This document shows, piece after piece, positions 14,994 to 29,468 of a stretch of DNA of 64,000 bases (position 1 is the stretch's first letter; every line of letters begins with the position of its first letter). The stretch lies in assembly GCF_009914755.1 (NCBI RefSeq), contig NC_060945.1. One strand, given 5' to 3'. The translations under genes and the position numbers were made by a program. The stretch is from the human T2T-CHM13v2.0 reference genome, Homo sapiens. The notes under the pieces are model-generated. The model did no database searches. It worked only from the letters and a program-made list of their open reading frames with translations, and was not told where the DNA came from.

Positions 14994-17831
14994 GGGACAT
15001 CATTTTCTACTTGTAAACCAGAAACCTCCTTCCTCCCTCCTGCCGTCCCATAGGATTTTATCGATCACCTACTGTATACCAGGCACTGGCTAAGCCCTGC
15101 ACGCACAGTGGTGAGCAGGCAGTCCTCACCCTCCTGGGGCTCGATTTCCCAGAACCCTCAAGAGAAAGCCAGTCCTCAGGGGTCAGCAAGTTCCACATTC
15201 AGCTTCAGCTTTCGGCCATTCCTGCCGCCAGGCCACGCTGAGAGTCTGCCGGGGCACCTCTGTTCCCTGCGCCTGGCCTGCCAGGCCTCAGCCGCCACGG
15301 CCTGTGTCACGGAGGAAGGGGGCTGCAGCTGCACCCCCGGGAGGGGAGGTTGGAGTCGGGGTGGGGCGGGCCGCGTGCTGTTGGTGTAGGGTGGGCGATG
15401 GCAGTAGTGGCAGCTTATTACCACATCAGGAGAGGCCGGAGCGTTTTCAGCAAGGTCAGAAGCCTGCGCTGTGTTTAAAATCAGGGCGAGAGGGAGACAG
15501 GGAGGGAACGTTCCGCCGCCTAAACCACTTTCCCGCCGCATCTTTCACCTGGAGTGGAGGGGCAAGTGCCTGGGCCCAGTGGTGGCAGCTTCGGGAGGGT
15601 TCCATGAGGCTGCCTCGGGAAGCAAGGGTCCCGGCAGAGCTGGGTGTTCTCCTGGGCCCCCTCAGGACAGCAGCATCCACTTCAGGCGCCGCCTCTCTAA
15701 GGAGCCACACCTCCCTCTCGGGCCAAGTATGGAAACGAGCCACAGCACCACGTGTGCTAGGGCCCCAGCATTTCACCCACGTGGCAGAATCTGTGCCCCA
15801 AATGTCACAGCCCCTCCCCACCTCGGAAATGCAGGCTGAGTGGAGGCCCCGGCCCTCGCCACTCTGGAGCGATGGCTATTTCAGGCTCCAGGAGGCCGCT
15901 GAGTGGTTCCCGGGCTGGCCCTGCATTGCGGCTGGGCAGGGGCCACACGTCCCTCCCCCGTGGGCCCTGGGTGCCTGGAATCTGGAGCAGAGAGAGAGAG
16001 GGAAGGTAACAGCGTGGCCTGTACATCCCTGCCTGCAGGCGCTGGCCTTGCTGTCCCTGGGTGCTGCCTGTGTACTCCAGGGCACTCTCTTTCCTGGAGA
16101 GGAGGCCGCGGGAGTCATCGCGGGGCAGATCCTGGAGGCCAGCAAGGCCGCCCCTCCTCCTAAGTGGCACTGATTGACAGGGGAGAAAGACAGAGGCTTG
16201 TTCCCCAGAAAAGCACAGAAAACCAGCCTTGTTCCTCAGACAGGAGATGCATGTGCCGGGAGGCAGGCAGGGGGACGGCTGTGCTCGGCCTCTGTGCAGT
16301 GGGATTATTAGGGACAAATTCCAGAACAAAACTTGGGTTTCATCTAAGCTTTTTGGGGATTTGGGGAAAGCAGAAGAAAAGAGGGAGCCCAGGAGGAGGT
16401 CAATACACCGTGCCAGGAAATGAGGAAAAGCTCAGATGTGCAGTGTCAGCGCTTTTCCATGAATCACCTCTTACCTCTAGAACAGCAAGTGCGGGAGGTG
16501 TCCAGGTGCGGGGGGGCCACGTGCCCTCAGGGGCTTCCCTCCCCAGCCCGCCTGGAGACATCATCACTGACTCAGCTCCGGCAGGCAAGGGTCCCTCGGG
16601 GTCTACCACTGGGATTGACGCCAGCAAGTCGGACCCTTTCTCAGAAGCCCAGAGGGAGGGCAGAGCCGTAGCCACAGTTTGGAGGCATCTGCTGGGCTAG
16701 TGCATGTTTTAACAGCACCTATGACAAGGTGAGGCAGCATGGGTGGCCCTGCAGGTGGCGGTTTGCATATGTGCACATCCAGCCAGCTCCGTTTTCCAGT
16801 CTGGGGACTATGGTGACAGGAAGTAAAAAGCCTGCGATTTGGCCTACGGGGTCCCAGGGTCATCCCGGGGTCGCACCTTGGCTACCAGGCTTGAGGGTTC
16901 TGTGTGCGATTTCAGGAGAGACACACAGCCCATCGCACACCTGACAGCTGTCACCCTAAAGAAAATTCGGCTGAACTGTGCACATTCGGGAGCATTTTCA
17001 TTCACATTACACATTTCATTTCACTTCACGTTTTATTGGTTTGAGTAATGGTTTAGAAACTATCTTTTACTTCAAAATGTTTGTGCATCTGAGATTTTCT
17101 GACTTTATATCTGGACAGGGCGCCGTAATGGTAGACGATGGCCGAGGTTCAGGGAACCCTGTTTCTGTGGTTCAGGACAGGTCCAGCCTTTCTGAGCCCT
17201 GTCCCCGCAGAGAGCCCCCTTTCCAGGCACCCGTGTCTTGGGTCGCCGCTGGCCCTGTGAGGTGACACTCTGCAGCTCTTGCACTGTCCAGGCCAAGGGT
17301 GGCTGTTCTGAAACCTACTCGGTTTATTCCATCTTGAATCAATGCATTTTTTCAAGTCCGTGCCTCAGGGTGCCTGTAGAATGACAGATGTGGCATTTCA
17401 ATCGGTAAATAATGAGTACACCTTTAAGGTCCAGGCACTCTTTGTTTAGAACATTGTGGAATGCCTACATCATCTCATGCTTGCACAGGAGCGTGGCTTT
17501 GTCAGAACTCATCCCCAGGCAGCCCTGTGGGCACCTGGTGGGGGCTGGACAGGGGTCACGAGGAGAAGCCAGCAGGAGGGTGGTGGGCCCTCCACCTTGT
17601 CCCCGCAGGACTCCCCTCTCTGCCCAGACACACTCAGCCTCCACCAGGACTCAGGGGTTCCAGCCAAGCTCCTCTTACCAACGATGCCCCGTGACTGCCC
17701 CAGGGACGGGAGGGCTCAATGCCATTCCCCTGCAGGCCCTGTCTCTCCCCAGCTTCCAGTTGGTTGTCCTGCAGCCTCAGGTCTCTGATGGGATGAAGCA
17801 AAGTCGAGAACTTACGGTTTGTCTGGCTTTA

Positions 17832-18359
<528 letters not shown>

Positions 18360-19297
18360 TTAGCTGTGACTGTTTTATGTGTGCATGCATGTATGTGTGT
18401 GTGTGTACATGGGCGTGTGTGTGTTTTGGAGTGTGGTCCCCACAAATCTGCCACCCTTGGAGAATGCTCTTCTGCCCTGGTGCATGGCTGTGCCCTAGCA
18501 TGGGAAGCGCCTGCTGTGTCCTGCAGGCCCGCAGACTTGTCACAGGTCCATTGTGCAGTCATCAGGCCCTGGGAGCTTTCCACATCCCTCCACCTCCCAC
18601 CCAACATCACCACTCTCCGGCCAGTGAGACCATCACAGCACCCCAGAGGAGACAAATTCTGGAGCTCAGAGAGCTGGGGTAGGTGACGGGAGGGTGGGGG
18701 GCTGGAGGTCCTTGGCCAGCAGCCTTCCCATCCTGGGCCACCAGCACCCTCATCCTCCCCTCGTCCTGCCCAGCTCCACCTCCTCCCTGCCCTCTTCCTG
18801 CCAGGGTTTGCAGTTTACACTGGCAGTGATGCAGTGGCAGACACAACTTGGGGAAATAACTCTAGGACCCTGGTCTTTAGTTCCGATTCCCGGTGAGACA
18901 GTACCTGGCGGGGAGCTTCTCGCCCTCTTCAGAAGTGGCCTGGGGGCCCTGGGGCTACTGATCCAGCCCAAAGCTGCAGTCAGGAGAGCGTGCAGCCGTG
19001 TGGGTCTCATAAGAGAGGCCGACCAGGGCTGCCCAAGCGGAGCTTCTGTTTGGCCTCTACCTGCTGGAGTGACGCCCCCGGCATCTCCAGCGAGGCCTGG
19101 AAACGTCGCAGTCTCCTCTTCACTGAGTCCAAAGTCACTTCCATCTCGGGCCCGTCCAGTGTCTGTCGGGGCCTTGATTCTGAGATGAGATTGTTTGCTG
19201 AAATGCTCCATGGACTCTTTCAGGAGTGACGTTGTTCTTTCAGGAACTGTAAACGGAGGTGGCATGTAACCAGTGTGGACTAAGAAGCCATGCTGCT

Positions 19298-19576
19298 GTT
19301 TCTTTTCTTTTCTTTTTTTTTTTTTTTGAGACAGAGTTTCAAAAAAAACTGCCTCCCGGGTTCAAATGATTCTCCTGCCTCAGCCTCCTGAGTGGCTGGG
19401 ATTATAGGCGCCTGCCACCACACCCGGCTAATTTTTTGTATTTTTAGTAGAGACGGGGTTTCACCATGTTGGTGAGACCATCACCATGATGGTCTCAAGC
19501 TCCTGACCTCAAGTGATCTGCCCACCTTGGCCTCCCAAAGTGCTGGGATTACAGGCATGAGCCACCGTGCCCAGCC
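19298..19576 (-). mobile_element. Alu with internal deletion
   Basis: Antisense Alu; part of the right arm replaced by an A-run. Confidence 0.88.
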
Positions 19577-20579
19577 TATGCTGGCTGTTTCTCACAAATG
19601 TATATTGAATACGAGCCATTCGCTTAGAAAACATTGATCAAGCATCTGTATTCTATGCCAGGCCCACGTGAGTAAGAGTAATAGCTGTTGATGATGTAAG
19701 CTGTGTTTTTGGCCAAAGGTAACAGAGATAGTGATTTAAACACCGTTACCTCTTGTCTTCCCCGCCTCTTGAAGAGGGCAGCTGCTGGTGTGACCTCAGC
19801 TGCTCCCCAGACCCTAAGGGGATCTGGGACCTTCCACCTTCTACCAACGGTGTTGGTCTTCTGTCCTCACGCCTATGGTTTCACGCTCCCACAGTGGCTC
19901 CTGCACCTTCAGACACTGCCTCCTCACCGAGGGAGGGAAGAACGACAAAGGTGATGACCAGAGGTATTTGTTTCTTGTCTTAGGAAAGCAAAAGCCTCCC
20001 TTAAAGCCCCCGCAGACTTCTCCCTGGCTGGACCCAGGGCACATGCCCATCCCATCCCTGGATCACTTGCTCAAAGAGGGGATGGGATTACCTTTATGGC
20101 TTAGATCTGGGGCTGGGCTTCCCTCCCATATCCAAGGGTGAGCGCTGCCATAATAGCAGGAGGTTCTGTTACCAGCAAAGGGGGTAGTGGCAGGTAGGTA
20201 ACTCACAGTGACTTGCATGTTGCAAAAGGCAGGGTTCTGTTATCCGGAATTGGAGGAGTGGTTTTAGGTATGTCATATAATTATGCCTTTAAATCCATTG
20301 GTTGAGAAAACAGGCAATGCTAAAAGATTCTCATGAACCTAGCAGCGGTTTTAATTTTGTATTTTATTTATTTTATCAGTATCTAAATACAATAGAAATA
20401 TAAATACAATAGAAATGGAATGGATCATGTGAGATGTGTGTTGTTGACGAACGTGTAGTCAGTGCTTCATGCACATGGGATCCAAGTCCCCAAACAGTGG
20501 CTGCAGATCCACACCCTGCTCCAGGTGCTGAGGTGCCCCAGACAGCTGCTCCTAGTCAGTGAAGCATTGACTCTTTAGT

Positions 20580-21240
20580 CTCAATTGTTGGTCTGCATGT
20601 CTACTGATAAGCCGGTACTGTGCTATTTTAATTATTGAGGCTTTCTAGATGTTGTAGTGTATTTTAGGGCTATTTTCTTGTTCTTTTTCATGATTTTCCT
20701 GGCTTTTCTTCCCTGTTTAGTTTTCCATATGAACTATAGAATCAGTATGTCTAGTTCTGGGGCTGGGGGGGAGCTTTTGCTATTTTAATTAGGATTCAGT
20801 TATATATTTAGGTTTATGTATCATTTACATATTACTATCTAACAAACCACCTCAAAATGTATCAATTTAAAACAACCATCATGTCGGGGGGCCCTCAATT
20901 CTGTGGGTCAGCAATTTGGGTTGGGCTCAGCAACATGGTTCTTCTGCTGGTTTCCCCTGGGGTCATTGGAGTGGCTGTCGTCAGCTAGAGCTGCCTGGAG
21001 AACCTCAGGTGGAATGGCCCATTTCTGGTCCATTTCTGCTCCATGTGGGACCACCTTCTGTCAGACTAGCCCAAGCCACCACCTCTGATGGCCACAAGGG
21101 TGTAAGGGAGTGGCAACGCTCTAAAGACTGTCTTGGAAGTCCTGTGACACCAATCCCACCACATTCTATTGATGGGGTGAGCCCTGAAGTCAACCTGGGT
21201 TCAAAAGGGTGGGGAGTAGACTCCATGTCTTGGCAGGAGG
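20580..21240. mobile_element. Old L1 fragment followed by an MLT1 LTR fragment
   Basis: ttttccatatgaactatagaatcag (L1 antisense); aacaaaccacctcaaaat...tctgtgggtcagcaatttggg (MLT1). Confidence 0.55.
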
Positions 21241-23759
21241 AGCTGCACGTTACTAAGGGCATGTGTTCAGGGAATGGGTGGTTGCAGCCTGGTCACACGG
21301 GGTTTTTCCATTTGTTCAGCTCTGCTTTTGTATCTTTCAAGATGTTCTGTGGTTTCCTCATAGAGGCTTTATTTCCTCTGAAGCTTTTGTTTAGGTATTT
21401 TCTCTTTCTTATTGCAATCTGCGCTCTCCTTCAAGACACCTTCTGCTTTTGTGTGTTCCTGTGGAGGGGTGGTCTGCTGGGCCCCTCTCCTTGGCTCCTG
21501 AACACACAAGGGGATCATATATCCATATCCTCCCAAGCTGTAAGCACTTGCGCTGGGCTGCAAACTTGCATCCTACTTGCCGTAGAGGACAGCCCTTCCC
21601 CTAAACTTCCAGTTTCCCCCTCTCCCACCTGCCTGAAAGGCACCAGCCAGGCAGTCTTGGAAGCCTCGTGTTGAAGGTGGTGGAGCCCCCAGAGCCTGGG
21701 CCCAGATGACCATGTGGGACAGAGCTGCCAGTGACCTAGAGCCATTAAGAGAGCAAGAGATAAACTCTGTGATTGTCTTGGTCTCTTCTGACTGATTCGG
21801 AGGCCACTGCAGTCTGCATGTTGTACATTATTCCTGTTAGCATCACTATCAACTCTAGTTCCTGTTGTAGTAGATTTGGATTCTCCTGGGTATTGAGGCT
21901 ACACAATCGTCTGCACAGACTGACAGTTTCACCTCCTCCTGCCAGACTTTTAGTCTCCTGCTAATTCCAAATGCTGATAAGGTTGGGCTGGCAACAATTT
22001 CATATTTTTCAGGCTTATGAAGAGGTAAGGTGGTCTCTGTAAGTGAATTTACCCAAGAACTGAAATTTGCCCTTTAAACCTCAAAATAGGATTGTGTTTG
22101 TTTCATCTAAAATTTTAGTTGAATGCTTAGTAGTATCTTCGCTGCTTACCAGACTTCTCAGATAATGTGGTAACTGTGACGCCGCCCTCTCTCAGCATTC
22201 GGACGAGATCAGCGTGGGCCACAGTCACCGCATTGTGCCCTCATGCGTGATGTCAGAGAGCCTGCAACCGCGCCCCCGCTGCTCAGTGGCCTCCAAGGGG
22301 CCTCAAGTCCTGGGCTCGTTTCTGCCCCAGGTAGTGCTGTCAGCGGCATGCCTGCCTTCTGCAAGCCCCTCTTCCCTGTTCCCCAGCCCGCACTTCCAAT
22401 GAGCTGTGGGCCAGGAAACCAGCCCGTCACACTTGTCCACGCTGCGTTTAAAGCGGGAGGAAGGAGGACCCAATGCAGGGCCCGAAAGGTCCACTGTGAG
22501 TGAAGTCTTTTTCCTTATGGGACACCTAGGCTGGCTTCTCAGAAAGTGTGTGCAGTTTATTTCCGGGTTCTTGGCGGTGTTCTGAATAGTAAACGTTGCC
22601 ACCTAAATGAAGACCCTTTGAGATATCACTGCGTCTCTACTGTTCCTGATGGTGGACTTTCTCCTCCAGCGTCTGCTGACAGTAACAGTGGAGCTTTCCC
22701 CAGCACCCAAGAGCCCGGGGCTCACCGTGGTCCCCTCCTGTGCAGCCAGCACACAAGGCCCTCCCGTGCCACCACCTCGCAGGGGCCAGGTCTGCTCGGC
22801 CCACTACACCAGAGCCCTTGGGTGCGGGGTGGGCGGGACAGAGAAGAGGAAGGGGGGAAGGAGGGAGCTGACAGCCGTTTCTCAGTTCCCCATTATGGAC
22901 TTGGATTTGGATCACTGAAATCCATATGGAACTAAGAAGTTATCTTTATCCCACAACTCAAAACTCCTGTCTAGAGCATCAGAAATGATGTGCTTTTGGC
23001 ATCCTGAAATGTCTTTCTCCTCCGCCAACTGCTGTCTGCTGAGAGCTAGCCTTGCTCTCGGAAGGGCGGCTTGGGCAGGGCAAAGGGAGAATTCCAGGGT
23101 TTGGGAGCATCTGCTGATCCCAGAATAGTTGCCAGTGGTGACATCTTCTTCCTGGACCCCAGGACCCAAGGACAGCAGGTCCCATCCCAGCTCTGCCCAG
23201 CTCCTGCCCCTGCACAGAGCAGGACGCCAGCTGGGGTGGGCACTCTGTGGCGTTTTGGGAAGATAGTGCTATATTTCAGAGGCTGTGCCATCTCCTCTGG
23301 GGGATTTCAGCGCTGGTGACAGAGGCATGAAAGGCTCATGGATAGACAAACTGGTGTTTACCCCTCATAGAAACGAAGTTGCCGTCCTATGTGTGCAGAG
23401 AAAACCAGGGACTCCTCTGTTCAGAAGGAAGAAATGGAGGGGCCTGGTGGGCCTGGCAGCGGTGCGGAGGTGGTGGGCTCGGAACTGTAGTTTCCATTCC
23501 ATAAAAAGGCGTCTTCGGAAAGGTTGGGGATTTTGGCAAAGAAGGGGGGTCTCTGGGGAGACTGCATGTGGGTGAGATCCTCTGCCTGGCCGGTTTTGGA
23601 GGAAGAGGGTCACAGGGACCAGCGACGGGGAGGAGGGTCCACATGCTGCAGCGAAGGACCTGGGGCAGGCAGGGGGTGGGCTGGATGGCGGAACACGGGG
23701 ATGGGCCCGTACCTCTCCAGAACTACGGACCTGGGATGAGGCGGCCTGTGAGTGCGATT

Positions 23760-24015
23760 GGGCTGTGTGACGGCACCAGAGGCGGGGCTGCAGCTGCAGG
23801 CTTTTGTCGTCCTGTGGTCCTGGAGGCTGCAGGTCCAAGGTCAAGGATTCCTTCTGAGGCTTCTCACCCGGGCTCTGACTGCAGGCGGTCTCCCTTTTTC
23901 ATAAGGACACCGGTCAGATGGAATCAGCGCCCACCCTGATGATATCATTTAACTTAATTACTGTGTTAAAGGCCCTGTCTCCAAATAAGGTCACATTTCG
24001 AGGACCTGGGCATTA
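23760..24015. mobile_element. MLT1 (A/B/C-like) LTR fragment
   Basis: ctggaggct...gtccaaggtcaagg; ttaacttaatta...ccctgtctccaaataaggtcacatt. Confidence 0.65.
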
Positions 24016-25471
24016 CCTTTGTGGAAGGAACTCAGTTCACCCTAACAAAAGGTGGCAGAATTGGGTGTGGGCGTGTGGGGCTGGGCTCTGATTGGCAAGC
24101 AGTGCTCTGGCCCTGCCCAGGCAGAGGCAGCCTCGTGCCTCACCTTTGCTCCCCTGATCTAAGAAGGTGCACACCCCGGTAGCTTGTGCAGGGGCCAGGA
24201 CAAAACCCAAGAAGCAGCCATCACGCCCCAGGACCAAGATGTGCTGGCGCCAGGCTTCCGGGCAACCTAAATCTGTTGTTTAATGAAGACGCGCTGGCAC
24301 CAAGCTTCTGGGCGACCTAAACCTGTTGTTTAATGAAGGGGCTCAGAAGCAACTCAGTGTCCTCAGTGTCTCGGTGGCATCTGAGCAGCCATGAAAAGGT
24401 GCCATGGGGACTGGAGAGGCCCACTGTCACACCTCCCAGCCCCAGCCCCAGAAATCAGATGGAGCCCCAGAGGTCCCACCCCTGAGGTCCCACCCTGTGT
24501 GGCTCTTCTATCCCAGGCGTTCTCCAAGGTCCCCAGGGTGCTGGGGGCTGCCCAGGCTATCTGCTGCGGTCAGGGTGTCAGTGGTGCCACCATAACCAAG
24601 TGAGGCGAGGTTCCACATCGCCGGCCAAGTGGCTTTATGGGCCTCCAGTGGGATGTGGCAGGAAGTACCCAGCGGCTCTGCCATGCATTCTTGACCAGAA
24701 ATGTTGAACCCGAGTTAATTGTGAGGAAACGGACAAATCCAGGGTGTGGGGCACGCCGCAGAGAGCTGCCTTAGCCGCTTCAACACCATCAGGCCAGAGT
24801 AGGCGGGGAGCGTCTCGGGGAAAGGGGACAGAGAGACGTGCCATCCAAATGCATGTGTGTCCTCCACGGGGCCCTGCATCCCCGCAGCTAGGAAGGTCAT
24901 CTGGGGACAGTTGGTGAAATGGAAACAGGGACGGGATGTTCGGCAGTATTCTGTCGGTATTCATTTCTTGGGTGTGCTCATGGTGTCCTAGTGAGCAGGC
25001 TGTCCTGATTCGTAGGAGATGTGGACGGACATGGAGGGAGTGCCGTGACGTAGCCCAGGAGACCTTTTTAGCTTAAAGCCTGTGCATAAGAAATAGGCAA
25101 GTGAGTTTTAGATGTTCATACATATTTCATTGCAGAATATTAGTTTAGGGTGATCAATAAAAGACTTTCAAGCCTAATGTTAAGCAAAAGAGACTTTTAA
25201 TATATTCCACAATGATAAAATCCTGTGGAAGAAGGGCAGTGGGAATGCAGATTCCAGGAGCAAGTGGAACGAAGCCAGCTGTCCAGAAGAGCTTTTTTTG
25301 TGGGGTTTGAAAACAGGTGCCAATGGTGGCTGTCAAATCATGATGGCATTTAGGTTCTACTAGCTACATTGGAGAGAAAGAAAAACACTATGCTTTACAG
25401 AGTCAAAATCTACAATATGCCAGACTTTACACCCCTTGCATATTTAAACTTGGGCTTAAAAATGTAGAAGC

Positions 25472-25652
25472 TGGCTGGTTGCAGTGGCTCATGCCTGTAA
25501 TCCCAGCACTCTGGGAGGCTGAAGCCAGAGAATCACTTGAGCCTAGGAGATCAAGGCTGTGTGAGCCATGATGGCATCGCTGCCCTCCAGCCTGGGTGAC
25601 AGAGTGATATTCTGTCTCTATAAATAAATAGATGAAAAATAAAAAATAAAAA
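25472..25652 (+). mobile_element. Alu monomer-length element
   Basis: Alu 5' end fused to the right-arm end plus A-rich tail. Confidence 0.8.
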
Positions 25653-27054
25653 TGTAGACGTCAACTTCACATTGTCTGGGGATGCATAATTTCCTAAAAA
25701 TCGCTCTCATGGGCTCACGAGCAAATGCTCTAGGGGGCCACTGAGTCCAGGCCCCTCCCAATGCTTTCCTGCTCTGCCAGCCCAAAGGACTTTGAAGCTG
25801 GAGGCGGGGACCGGTGTGGCCAAGCAGGGCACCTTCCTCACCGTCACCCTTCTGCAGGGAGGGAGGTGGCCTCTGCCTGCTGCCATTGGAGGTTTGTGCA
25901 GTCAGGTTTATCAAGGAGGTCCAGGCGGGCTGGGTGTGGGGAGGTGGAACAGGGTACCTGCGAGGTCTGTGAGTGAAACTACACTGCTGGCTGGACAGAG
26001 ACATGGCAATGACCCAGGGAAACCGTGTTGAGCGCTCTGGTGGGGGCAGGCGGGCGGGAGAGGCCCCTGAGTTCCGCTAGCTGGAATTAAGCAGGTGAAC
26101 AGCAGATGTTTCTTGGAATGGAGTCTGGTCCATAGTAAGTGATGAAGATGTGTTTTGACTCCGTATCTAGGACCTCCAGGACGTAGAGGTTGATGATCCG
26201 GGCAGGTGGCCTTCAGCGAGGGAGCACGTCAAAAGGCTGTGGGCCGTGCAGACAGCTGGGGGACACCGTCCCGGGTGTGACCTTGGGCCACACGGCAGGG
26301 TGGTGGACTTGCTCCTAGAATTGGGCTCCAGGGCTGAAGCCAGCCCCTCTGATCTGGCACTGGCCGGCTCCATTCACCCTTTTTGGGGCTTACTGCCGCA
26401 GAGACTTCCTTTGAGGAGAGCTGGACCCAAGACGCCAGAGTTCCGGGGGCACTGAGTGCTGTGTGGCACCCGGGCCAGGAGAAACATGTGCCAGAGGGCA
26501 GGCGTGGGCTCTCCGGGGAGTCTCTGCGTAGACTTTCTAGCCCAGAGGTTCAGGTGATGGACCAGAGACTGGCCGCTTTGTGACACCGAGGACGGTTGAT
26601 AAAGTGGATTCTCGAGGGGAAGCTGCATCCACACAGAGGCTGGGACGTGAATGTGCATCACGGCTCTATCTGTGGCCCCCAAAGGCTGGGTGCCAGCTGC
26701 CTGTCGGCAGGGAGCGTATCACCGTGGCACGTCCATGCCGTGGGGGTCACTCAGCAGCCACGGATGCGCCCTGGGTGCTGTCCCGGGGCCGTCTCAGAAG
26801 CACCGCGCTGGACCGGCTGGGCCAGATGCCATGGGATTCTGTGTTTGTGAACCTCTAGAAAAGGTAAATTAACCTATAGAGCTGGAAAGCTGACCTGCAT
26901 TGTCAGGCTGGGTGGGGAAGGACTTGGATGGAAATGTTCCCTGTTGCAGTGTGGTGGGGTCACAGGCGGCTTAGCTTGTCAACACCCATAACGCTATGCA
27001 CGGACACTCGGCAAACCCATCTTAATCGTGTGTTATTTATTCCTGGATGAAGTT

Positions 27055-27221
<167 letters not shown>

Positions 27222-27244
27222 TGATTTTTAAAAATAAACGTCAT

Positions 27245-27537
27245 GACTGGGTGCGGTGGCTCACACCTGTAATCCCAGCGCTTTGGGAGGTCGAGTTGGG
27301 CGGATTACCTGAGGTCAGGAGATCGAGGCCAGCCTGGCCAACATGGCGAAACCCCATCTCTACTAAACATACAAAAATTTGCTGGACATGGTGGTGCATA
27401 CCTGTGGTCCCAGCTACTCGGGAGGCTGAGGCATGAGAATTGCTTGAACCCAGGAAGCTGCAGTGAGCCAAGATGGCACCACAGCACTCTAACCTGGGCA
27501 ACAGTGAGATAATCTGTCTCAAAAAAAAAAAAAAAAA
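27245..27537 (+). mobile_element. Alu (S-like)
   Basis: Full Alu with poly-A. Confidence 0.92.
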
Positions 27538-28174
27538 TCAGATTCCTGTACTTTGCGCCGTAGCAACGGAATCAGCAGGTCTGCTGTGGAGCCCGGGCAT
27601 CTGCTTCTCGGAGCATCACAGCTGATGTGCTGGCCCTCAAGCAGGCTTCTTGGGACCCTGGTTCTTCTGGGCCAGTGTGGAGTGATGTGTGCCCCTGGGT
27701 GAGGACCACCTGGTCTCCTGGGGCTCTGCTGTGTGCCAGGTGGGGGCCAGGTGATGGGCTGCAGGGCGGCCCCCACCCTGTACAACTCAGGATCTGGTCG
27801 AATATATCGTCTCTAGCTCAAGAAAGGCGTTCTGAAACAGCAAGCCTGGTCTGCCCAGCGTGTCTGAGGCTCTGCTCTAAGGGGCCCCTGCCCACCCTGG
27901 GGGGGCTGCAGTGTGTCTGGGCGAGCACTGACTTCTGAGCCTCGCTATCTGGACTGGCACTGGCTCTACTGCTGACTCCCTGTGTGGCCCCATATGATGC
28001 ACGAAGCCTCTCTGTGCTTCTGTTTGCTCACCTGTCAACTGGGGCAGTGATGGCATCCTGCTGGGGTCATCTGAGAGTCTGGAATGCGTGAGAGGTGTTC
28101 AACACAGACCGTGGAACAAGTTAAGCCCATAAAAAGTGTTTTTGTTGCCCCCTTGTCTTTTCTGTCCTTTCTGT

Positions 28175-28640
28175 CTAGGGTATTAATTTCCTGTTGCTGC
28201 TTTAATGAATCAGCCCACAGTGTGGGGGCATCAAACAGTACAACTCCTTAACCCCACAGTGTGTGGAGTCAGCAATTCAGGAGCGACTTAGCTGGGTGCT
28301 GTGGGGTTGCAGGTGAGCTGAGGCCAGGGCTGGGCTCATCTGAAGGTTTGACCAGGGCCAGAGGGCCTGCCTCCCAGGTGGCCCCCTCAGGAGTAGGAGG
28401 TCAGCCCCTTCCGCGCAGGAAGGACCTGCCGCTCACACATCCTTGTGATGTGGCCATCCTGGGAGCAGAGCCAGGCAGAAACTGTCCTTTTTGTGACCTA
28501 GCCTTGGCAATCACGTAGCACATTTCTGCAAGGCTGTTCATCAGATGCAATGACCAAGTCCAGGCCATAGTCAGAAAGGGAAGAAGACCCCTCCACCTTT
28601 CGAGGGGAGGAGCGAAAGTGTTTCAGGCCCATTCCTAAAC
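28175..28640. mobile_element. MLT1 LTR fragment
   Basis: tattaatttcctgttgctgc...gagtcagcaattcagg...gacttagctgg. Confidence 0.55.
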
Positions 28641-29082
28641 CATGACCAGAGCTCTTGTCCCCACGGTTTCTGGGGAGCCAAGGGCCCAGTGTCTGGGAGA
28701 GGTGACTTTTAATGCCCCATAGGTTGAGAACGTCCAAGGGTGGTGGGAGTGACACTGGCATCTGTGGCCCCCGAGTGCCATTCAAGGCAGCGCCTGCAAA
28801 TCCCTGAGAGGCAGAGGGTGGGGGCCTGTATGGAGGGCGCTCTGTGGAGTCGGGACAGGGGGTTTCATGGGCGGGTGGGGTGGGCGCCCATGGAGAGCCT
28901 TGCTCTGGGTGCAAGAATGGCCACAGTGGGGGCAGCTGGCGGTGTGGAACAGGGGCCGCCCTGGGAATGTGGAAGGCCAGCTGGTGCCACTCCAGAGCCC
29001 ACCCCTTTGCCCCATGGGAGTGCACTCAGTGCCCTTCCAGAGGACCAAGTCAGGGGTTGGCAGCACCGCCAGCCTGACTGCC

Positions 29083-29468
29083 AGGGTTTCCCCTCCACAC
29101 GGGGGGTCTCGGGTTTCCCCTCCACACGGGGGGTCTCGGGTTTCCCCTCCACACGGGGGTCTCGGGTTTCCCCCTCCACACGGGGGTCTCGGGTTTCCCC
29201 CTCCACACGGGGTTTCCCCCTCCACGCGGGGGTCTCGGGTTTCCCCCTGCACACAGGGATCTCGGGTTTCCCCCTCCACACGGGGGTCTCGGGTTTCCCC
29301 CTCCACAGGGGGGTCTCGGGTTTCCCCCTCCACACGGGGGTCTCTGGTTTCCCCCTCCACACGGGGTTTCCCCTCCACACGGGGGTCTCGGGTTTCCCCC
29401 TGCACATGGGGGTCTCGGGTTTTCCCCTCCACACTGGGGTCTCGGGTTTCCCCCTCCACACGGGGGTT
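29083..29468. repeat. VNTR, ~27-nt unit ggggtctcgggtttccccctccacac, ~15 copies
   Basis: Direct. Confidence 0.95.

Noticed and set aside
15304-16173. 289-aa ORF (likewise 769-1473, 5220-6059, 20916-21674, 37918-38682)
   Set aside because: Often a non-ATG start, no recognisable domain, composition typical of GC-rich intron; expected by chance
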